DNA from: an uncultured Candidatus Rokubacteria bacterium
GTDB lineage: Bacteria; Methylomirabilota; Methylomirabilia; Rokubacteriales; CSP1-6
Length of the DNA: 64,000 nt
Direction of reading: 5' to 3'
NCBI GenBank assembly: GCA_963758635.1
Contig: CAVWWD010000008.1
Coordinates: forward strand, 448,001-512,000
Part shown: positions 57,600-64,000 of the stretch, piece by piece
How positions within the stretch are numbered: position 1 is the stretch's first letter
How the letters are laid out: each line of letters starts with the position of its first letter
The notes under the pieces: generated by a model
What the model was told of the DNA's origin: nothing
Databases searched by the model: none
Seen by the model: the letters and a program-made list of their open reading frames with translations, nothing else
Program-made: the position numbers and the translations under genes

Positions 57600-58225
57600 C
57601 TCGGGACACTCTCCCGTCGCGGTCTGCGAGTGACTTCAAGTCCAACGGGCCCTCCAGACCAAGCGATCAGGAACGCCGAGGGCACGCGATCCGCGCCCAC
57701 GCGGGCAACAACCTCGAGAAGGCGGCGGCCATCTTCGGGCGCTCTGAGTTCGCCCTGCCGCCCCAGGACCTCCGGTTCTCGCCGTCAGGGAGCCGGCAGC
57801 ACGATGCCCGGGGAAGGGGACCGGTAACCCCATCCTCCGGGCATCTGGCGCGCGCTCGATGGCGCGACCGCCTCTCTCGCGCGGGCACACCGCGCATCCC
57901 GGTAGGAGCCGGGATTTGGTGAAACGGCGCTGCTACGGCCTCGGCGCCACAGGGGACCCGCCCCCATGGCGCCCATTTGAGCCGGGCGGCATGTCGTCCA
58001 TCGCATCTCCTCCTGCGGGTGCTCGCCAAGACCAGGAGACGGCGCCTCATCTCCCGTCAAGACTATTCAACTGCCGTCGCGCGGGAGAGTCAACATCTCG
58101 CGGCGCGCCGCGCGATCTATCTCCGTCCTCTTCCTGTGCGGTAGGATGGCGCCGACCATGGCATCAATTCGGACCGGAGCCCCCGCGCGTCTTTATCGGT
58201 AGCGGTGTGCCCCCGGGAGGTGCAG

Positions 58226-58612
58226 ATGCGGATCATACGGTTGACGGCGCTTGTGCTAGCCCTGGCGATGGGTCTTACAGTAAACGCAGGCTGGTCGCAG
58301 GGCTTCGGCTCCTCGACACCAGAGCGCTACTTCCGCGTGGAGGCCGAGGGCGGCCAGGGCCGGAGCGGTCGCCCCGTGGTCCGTGGCTACATCTACAACG
58401 ACAATGGCCAGGCCGCGGGACGCGTCCAGGTCGCGGTGGAGAGCCTGGATGCCGCAGGCCAGGTGATCAACCGGTCCATCCTGCCGCTCGACGGCATCGT
58501 GCCCGCGTTCAACCGGCTCTACTTCGACATCCGGGTCCCCACGGCCGGGGCCAGCTACCGCGTCAGCGTGTACTACTACGAGTGGCTCAAGGGCGGCGGC
58601 TCCGGTCAGTAA
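58226..58612 (+). CDS. Secreted FxLYD-like beta-sandwich protein
   Basis: GGAGG RBS, signal peptide, VRGYIYN, VESLDAAGQV, G.VP..NR.YF, YRVSV. Confidence 0.7.
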   Translation: MRIIRLTALVLALAMGLTVNAGWSQGFGSSTPERYFRVEAEGGQGRSGRPVVRGYIYNDNGQAAGRVQVAVESLDAAGQVINRSILPLDGIVPAFNRLYFDIRVPTAGASYRVSVYYYEWLKGGGSGQ

Positions 58613-58862
58613 GCCGCGATTTCAAACGCGGGAGCCGGCGAGCGTATACGGGGTCGCGCGCGAGACCGAACTGTCAATCCAGGGGGCGCGGGTTCACGCG
58701 CCCGTCGAGCCCTACGCGCGCTGCCGCAAGGATGATGGAGCGACGGCGATCACGAGCGTGCCGTGCTGAGCACGCGGAACCCCAAAATCGTGCTGCGCGT
58801 ACACGAGGGCCTTCAGACTCCGAGTCGTCGGCCCGTGGGGGGCTGACCGGGGGTCGGCGGCC

Positions 58863-58898
58863 GGTGCCACTCCTGGTGTCACTCACGGTGCTACTCAC
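58863..58898. repeat. Right arm-type integrase binding repeats
   Basis: GGTGCCACTC, GGTGTCACTCAC, GGTGCTACTCAC at a 12-bp period. Confidence 0.7.
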
Positions 58899-59033
58899 CC
58901 ATCGTCATCCGTCCTTTCCGGTCTCAGGTCAGCGCTCAAACCTCGCACAATTTCTGTCAGTCTCACGCTGGGATAGGGACGACCGAGCCGGACGGAGTGA
59001 GACGGATCGTTACCGGCGAAACTCGCCAGAAAG

Positions 59034-59081
59034 GGACTTCGAATCCGAAGGTCGCAGGTTCGATTCCTGCCGGGCGCACCA
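59034..59081 (+). repeat. attR: duplicated 3' half of tRNA-Arg
   Basis: Identical to 43662-43709; the 5' half of the tRNA is absent. Confidence 0.95.
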
Positions 59082-59321
59082 TGAAATCGGAGGCTTATAG
59101 CCCCGTCGGTCGCGGTCGTGGCCCCAAATTCGTTGTCCGCCTTCTCTCCGTAATCACGCCTTTCCCCTCAATGGGGGCCGCGGGCCGTGTCTGGCCGTTC
59201 TTCGAGCGCGGGGATCGTAAGGGCGGGCGCGGCGCCGTGAGGACTCGAGGCATAGACGCGCTCGAGTCTCCGCGCGCCCCCGTCCGGGCCGAGACAGCGC
59301 GGCGCGCTCGCGCGTGCGCGC

Positions 59322-60674
59322 GTGGCCGCCGTCGCGCTCGCGCTCGGCTGCCTGGCCTCGCTCGCGCTCGGCCAGTCCGCGGCCCCGCCGCCGGACGCCG
59401 AGCCCCCGGCGCGGGGCCTCGGCGCCTACGGCATTCGCGGCTCGCTGACGTACCGGAACTACTCGTACTTCTCCGAGACCGCGAATGACGACCAGAACTT
59501 CTACAACGAGGGGATCCTCACCGTCGAGTGGGCGAAGCGGGTGGCGCCGTGGGCCAGCGTGAGGCTCGTCGGCGAGGTGAGGGGCGACACCGCGGGGTTC
59601 GCCGAGGGCGTGCGCTTCGAGGTCCCCGACGACGCCCGGCACCGGAGCATCGTGGCGCTGAAGGAGGCGGTGGCCAACCTCCGCGGCGGCGCGTTCGAGC
59701 TGGGGCTCGGGAAGCAGTTCTACACCTGGGGCACGGCGGACGTCTCCAACCCCACCGACAACCTGAATCCGCGCGACTACATGGACCCGATCGACAGCGA
59801 GCGGATGGCGGTGTACTCGGTGGCCGCGCGCTACACGGACGGCGCGACCAGCGCGACGTTCGTCGTGGTGCCGGTCTTCACCCCGAGCCGGCTGCCCCTG
59901 GCCGACAGCCGGTGGGCGGCCGCGGCCGTCCAGGGCGCCAGCCAGGTCGTCGTCGACCCTCGCGACCAGCCCGACATCGAGCTGTCCAACGTGCAGTACG
60001 CGCCGCGGGTCAAGACCACCCTCGCCGGCGTGGACCTGTCGGCGAGCTACTTCGAGGGGTTCGAGTCGACCCCGGTGATCCGGATCTCCCAGCTCACGCT
60101 CGCGCCGCGCGTGGTGGTGCCGCGCGCGACGCCGGTGTTCACGCGCATGCGCGTGCTCGGCCTCGACATGTCGACGACGTGGCGGAAGTTCGAGTTCCAC
60201 GCGGAGAGCGCCTTCAAGTTCGTGGTCCGGGACGGGCGCAACGACCGATTCCAGGTCGTGGCCGGGCTCAACTACACGTGGGACGAGCTCGGGCTCTCCT
60301 GGCTGGAGCGCATCACGGTGGTCGGCGAGTACGGCAAGGAGGTCAACCTGTCCACCGCCGAGAAGTCGGGGATCCTCGGCACCGACGAGCTCGTGCGGCT
60401 CGGCCTGGCCCTCACCAACAACGCGATCCGGGACGGCGCGGCCGGCCGGGTGATCTTCCGGTTCACCGCGGACACGGAGCTGAAGCTGAGCGCGATCCTC
60501 GACTTCACACAGTCCTTCAGCTCCTACGTGCAGGTCAAGCTCACCCACCGCCTGTTCGACTCGCTACACGCCGAGGGGGGTGTGGACCTCTTCAGCGGAG
60601 AGCGAGGAAAGAGCTTCTGGGGCCAGTGGAAAGACAACGACCGCTTCTTCTTCTCGCTGAAGTACTTCTTTTGA
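59322..60674 (+). CDS. Outer-membrane beta-barrel protein (DUF1302-like)
   Basis: Signal-like N-terminus, LGKQFYTWG..D..NPTD, FWGQWKDND, terminal KYFF. Confidence 0.75.
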   Translation: MAAVALALGCLASLALGQSAAPPPDAEPPARGLGAYGIRGSLTYRNYSYFSETANDDQNFYNEGILTVEWAKRVAPWASVRLVGEVRGDTAGFAEGVRFEVPDDARHRSIVALKEAVANLRGGAFELGLGKQFYTWGTADVSNPTDNLNPRDYMDPIDSERMAVYSVAARYTDGATSATFVVVPVFTPSRLPLADSRWAAAAVQGASQVVVDPRDQPDIELSNVQYAPRVKTTLAGVDLSASYFEGFESTPVIRISQLTLAPRVVVPRATPVFTRMRVLGLDMSTTWRKFEFHAESAFKFVVRDGRNDRFQVVAGLNYTWDELGLSWLERITVVGEYGKEVNLSTAEKSGILGTDELVRLGLALTNNAIRDGAAGRVIFRFTADTELKLSAILDFTQSFSSYVQVKLTHRLFDSLHAEGGVDLFSGERGKSFWGQWKDNDRFFFSLKYFF

Positions 60675-60850
60675 TGAGCCCCGCGCAGCTCGTCAACGTC
60701 CGCGGCTCCATGTGGCGCCCGAACGAGGCCGAGATGCGCGACGCGCAGACGGGCAACCGGACCGTCGTCACCGTGGAATCGCGCCGCCTCGACCAGGGGC
60801 TCAAGGAGAGCTTCTTCACCGAGGCCGAGCTCGTACGCGGCCGCCCCTGA
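60674..60850 (+). pseudogene. C-terminal fragment of a LolA-like lipoprotein-sorting protein
   Basis: WRP..AEMRD.QTGNRT......DQGL.ESFFTEAEL; only 58 codons. Confidence 0.55.
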
Positions 60851-60913
60851 GCCGCACGTGCACTTCGTCTCGAACCCGCGAATGGCCGCGAGCTTCGTGA
60901 CGGCGTGCCGGCG

Positions 60914-61060
60914 ATGAGCGCCAAGATCTGCTCTCTGCTCCCCAGTGCGACGGATATCCACCGGCACATCACGACCGCGCTGCACGAGGGAAGCAGCCTC
61001 TACGTGCTCGACCAAGGTCTCCTCGAGCGACTCGATCCGGAGCTGATCCTGACACAGCTG
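60914..61060 (+). pseudogene. Cobalamin/iron-siderophore binding protein (BtuF-like) remnant
   Basis: KICSLLPSATDI joined directly to GSSLYVLD..LLERLDPELILTQ (internal deletion). Confidence 0.6.
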
Positions 61061-61064
61061 TGTA

Positions 61065-61280
61065 CCCGAGGATCCCGTAGCCGATGGCCTGGTCGGCCAT
61101 CCACACGGCGACGGTGATCCGGATCGCGTCGGTCCGGGAGAGCGTCATCGCGGCGAGGACACCGAATGCCGCGAATGGAGTCGCGCAAGGAAAGACGAAG
61201 CTGAGCGCGCTCACGGCGAGGACCAGAAATGCCAGCCAGGCCTGGTGAGCCCATCCCGGATGGGGGGATCACGAGTCCAT
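61065..61280 (-). pseudogene. Membrane protein remnant (CATPFAAF motif), stop at codon 4 and 3' truncation
   Basis: MDS*SPHPGWAHQAWLAFLVLAVSALSFVFPCATPFAAF...QAIGYGILGY. Confidence 0.5.
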
Positions 61281-61699
61281 ATCGAGTCTCTCCCTCTGCC
61301 TGGTGGTGCCGTGACGGTTCGCCGGCCGGATCGACTCGAATCTATGCTCCCCTCCGTGCCGAGGCAAGAGCGCCCGCGTCGCATTGTTTCCGCGGACGGC
61401 CCGTTCCCGGCGCGCCGCCCGCCAAGACGCCACGTGTGACGGCGCTCGAGACTGCGATACGATGCGTTGATCCGGGCCGCTCGGCTGGATCCGTCGGAGC
61501 GATGCGAGACGGCGCCTCGCCGGCCGTCTCCTCCAGCCCGGGGTCGCCCGCTCGGATGTTGACGCAAGGCGCGGGCGGGCGAAGCCCGGGCGCCGGCGGC
61601 CCGGTGACGCACCACCATCCAGGCATTCCTGGGAGCTAGCATGCACGACGAGGTCACGCGCGAGGCATGGGTGCAGCAGGAGCGGCTTGCTGCGCGGTG

Positions 61700-61860
61700 T
61701 CGTCATGTCGCCGGAAGGTTCGAGCCGATCGATCTCCCGCGCCCGGAGGACCTGCTCGCGCGCTTCGAGCAGGGCGCCGCGCGGTGGCCGGACGCCCTCG
61801 CCCTGGCCAAGGGCGACGATCGGCTCTCGTACCGTGACCTGAACGAGCGCGCCAACCTCG
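61700..61860 (+). pseudogene. N-terminal fragment of an NRPS-type adenylation domain
   Basis: RFEQGAARWPDALAL....RLSYRDLNERAN (A1 motif), after which similarity stops. Confidence 0.65.
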
Positions 61861-61954
61861 TAGAATGCGGTAACCGCCGACGGGCCTCTACCGTCCCACC
61901 GCTCGGCGTTGGCCTGGTGCGCGGGGCTCACCAGCTACCTCCACGGAGGGACTC

Positions 61955-62287
61955 ATGCTCTTCGTCTACCTTCTGATGGCTCTGATCGGCGTGGGCGCAT
62001 CGATCTTCGCGATCCAGAACATGGAGTCGGTGGCTGTGACCTTCCTGGCGTGGAGCACCACGAAGATGCCGCTGGCCTTCGTCATCCTGCTCTCGGCCTT
62101 CGTGGGGATCGTCTTCACGTCGGCGAGCGCGTTCGCGACGCAGTTCACGCAACGCCGGAAGATCCGGCAGCTCGAGGCCCAGGTGGCCCAGCTCCTCGAG
62201 GCCCGGCGCGCCGACGCGGAGGCCGCGCGGATCCGCGCGACCCCGCCGCCGGCGCCGCCGGCCTCGCCGGGCCCGCGCCCGAGCTGA
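61955..62287 (+). CDS. LapA (DUF1049) family membrane protein
   Basis: FAIQNMESVAVTFLAW, PLAFVIL, C-terminal coiled coil; GGAGG RBS. Confidence 0.85.
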   Translation: MLFVYLLMALIGVGASIFAIQNMESVAVTFLAWSTTKMPLAFVILLSAFVGIVFTSASAFATQFTQRRKIRQLEAQVAQLLEARRADAEAARIRATPPPAPPASPGPRPS

Positions 62288-62327
62288 TCGCGGTCGGGAC
62301 GCGCGTCCCGCGCCGCGGCAGCGACCG

Positions 62328-62726
62328 TCAGCTCGCCGGGGCTCCGCGCATCTCCTTGAAGACCCGGCTGGCGACGAGCATCGACTCGCGGATGATCGGC
62401 ACGCCCACGTAGCCGGAGAGGTGCAGGAGCACCTCGATCAGCTCGTCCTCCGTCCACCCCTGGCGGAGCGCCATCCGCAGGTGGATCGCCAGCTCGGGCT
62501 CGCGCCCGGTGGCGGCGTCGGACACCACGCAGATCAGCGTGCGCGTCTTGAGGTCCAGGCCGGGGCGGGACCACAGCGCGCCGAACACGGTCTCGGTCGC
62601 CACGTCGATGAACTGTCGCATCACGGGATCGCTGTAGGTCGTGCGGTCGGACTGCGCCACGAAGTCGTCGCCCAGCAGCCCGCGGCGGATCTCGCGCCCC
62701 TTGCGGTAGGTCTCGCTCTCGGCCAT
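62328..62726 (-). CDS. Carboxymuconolactone decarboxylase family protein
   Basis: G.EIRR..LG, FGALWSRPGLDLKTR, HLRMAL, YVGVP; GAGGAGG RBS. Confidence 0.9.
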   Translation of the reverse strand: MAESETYRKGREIRRGLLGDDFVAQSDRTTYSDPVMRQFIDVATETVFGALWSRPGLDLKTRTLICVVSDAATGREPELAIHLRMALRQGWTEDELIEVLLHLSGYVGVPIIRESMLVASRVFKEMRGAPAS

Positions 62727-62888
62727 CGGTGCCTCCTCGGTCGTGGTGGGACGGGCGTGCGCCCGCCGTGGACGGCGCGCGCTCGCGGCCGCGCCGGTCC
62801 GGTGCGGCAGCGTAGCACGGTTGCGCGGCCCCGGCGGCTGCGGTATCACCGGAAGTGTCGCGGCGCGCGAGCGCCGCGGCGCGCGCCC

Positions 62889-64000
62889 ATGTCCATTCCG
62901 GCGGTCAGCGTTCCCGAGCGATTCAACGCGGCCACGTTCTTCCTCGATCGTCACGTCGGGGAAGGACGGGGCGACCGGAACGCCCTCCGCTTCCAGGGCC
63001 GCGCGATCACGTACGGCGACCTGGCGGCGCGCGCCGGCCGCGCCGGCCACGCGCTCCGCGCCCGCGGCGTGCAGATGGAGCAGCGCGTGCTGATCGCGCT
63101 GTCCGACCGGCCGGAGTGGGTGGAGACGTTCTGGGGCGCGATCAAGATCGGCGCGGTGGCGGTGCCGGTGAACCCCGGGCTCGGCGCCGAGGAGTACGTG
63201 TTCCTGCTCGCCGACAGCCGCGCCCGGGTCGTCGTGGCCGAGCCGGCCGCGGCGGCGACGATCCTGTCCGCGCGCGCGCAGTGTCCGTTCCTCGAGTCCG
63301 TGATCGGGGTGGGGGAGCGTCCGGCCGGCGCGCTCGGGTACGAGGCCCTCCTCGCCGAGGCCGCGCCCGCGCTGGCCGCCGCCGACACGCACCGCGACGA
63401 CGTGGCCTTCTGGGGCTACACGTCGGGGTCCACCGGGCGGCCGAAGGCGGCGGTGCACCTGCATCACGACGCCGTGCACGCCGCCGAGCTGGTGGGCGCG
63501 CGCACGTTCGGCATCGGCCCGGACGACGTCGTCCTCTCCGTGTCGAAGCTCCACTTCGCCTACGGGCTCGGGAACTCCGTCCTGTTTCCGGCTCACGCGG
63601 GCGCGACCGCCGTCCTCGTGCCGGAGCGGCTGAATGCCGAACGCGTCTTCGAGCTGATCGTGCGCGAGCGGCCCACGGCGCTCTTCACGGTGCCCACCGT
63701 GTACGCGCGCATGCTGCAGGTGAAGGACGCCGAGCGGCGCTTCGACCTGTCCTCGCTCCGGCTGTGCGTGTCGTCGGGCGAGGCGCTGCCCGGCGCGCTC
63801 TTTCACGCCTGGCACGGGCGCTTCGGGCTCGAGCTGCTCGACGTGGTGGGCTCCACCGAGGCGCTCCACGACTTCATCGCCAACCGGCCCGGCCGCGCGC
63901 GGCCCGGCGCCAGCGGGGAGCTGATCCCCGGGTTCGAGGCGCGACTGGTCGACGGCGAGGGCCGGCCCGTGGTGCCCGGCAGCGTGGGCGAGCTGTGGAT
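62889..64000 (+). CDS. Benzoate-CoA ligase family protein, runs off the window
   Basis: Translated by eye: PERFNAATFFLDRH..EGRG, FWGYTSGSTGRPK, SKLHFAYGLGNS, SSGEALP, GSTEALH. Confidence 0.9.
   Translation, partial: MSIPAVSVPERFNAATFFLDRHVGEGRGDRNALRFQGRAITYGDLAARAGRAGHALRARGVQMEQRVLIALSDRPEWVETFWGAIKIGAVAVPVNPGLGAEEYVFLLADSRARVVVAEPAAAATILSARAQCPFLESVIGVGERPAGALGYEALLAEAAPALAAADTHRDDVAFWGYTSGSTGRPKAAVHLHHDAVHAAELVGARTFGIGPDDVVLSVSKLHFAYGLGNSVLFPAHAGATAVLVPERLNAERVFELIVRERPTALFTVPTVYARMLQVKDAERRFDLSSLRLCVSSGEALPGALFHAWHGRFGLELLDVVGSTEALHDFIANRPGRARPGASGELIPGFEARLVDGEGRPVVPGSVGELW

Larger units (their letters stand above)
43662..59081. mobile_element. tRNA-Arg-integrated genomic island (~15.4 kb)
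   Basis: Exact 48-bp duplication of the tRNA 3' half (43662-43709 = 59034-59081), adjacent integrase, arm-type repeats at both ends, lower GC patches. Confidence 0.92.

Noticed and set aside
59034..59081. Second tRNA-Arg gene
   Set aside because: Only the 3' half is present; it is the att duplication
61277..61280. Selenocysteine at the codon-4 TGA of the minus-strand remnant
   Set aside because: Not at a redox Cys position, no SECIS-like hairpin noticed, and the gene is truncated anyway
61300..61500. Cobalamin riboswitch upstream of the membrane protein remnant
   Set aside because: No recognisable B12 box or core motifs; an Rfam scan would be needed

Overview
High-GC (visually ~70%) bacterial genomic window. 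Its gene repertoire (soxB, LLM oxidoreductases, multi-GAF kinase, zinc-ribbon adenylate cyclase-AAA-TPR protein, orphan ABC substrate-binding proteins, FxLYD-like protein) is suggestive of Candidatus Rokubacteria / Methylomirabilota; this is an inference only. Many conserved genes carry single-base frameshifts, most likely long-read assembly errors. Layout: 3' part of soxB; a sigma54 two-component module with a lipoprotein protease and its probable target gene; an acyl-CoA catabolic cluster; a FitAB-like TA pair; an operon alkB-like / selenocysteine (UxxC) thioredoxin / TfrA-like flavoprotein / PQQ-propeller-DUF4214 protein / single membrane anchor / Fe-S subunit, forming a second, atypical complex II; a TCA operon (mdh, two-subunit fumarase, frdABCD, sucCD) and ndk; a 45-bp tandem array; assorted enzymes; a Phd-RelE TA pair; tRNA-Arg(TCG) carrying a ~15.4 kb integrase island bounded by a 48-bp att repeat with arm-type repeats and cargo (HTH-PD-(D/E)XK nuclease plus GIY-YIG remnant, GAF kinase, cyclase, ABC SBPs, serine hydrolase); a patch of gene fragments; and the start of a benzoate-CoA ligase. 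Best novel candidates: the selenoprotein-linked atypical complex II operon and the sigma54 protease/OB-fold module.
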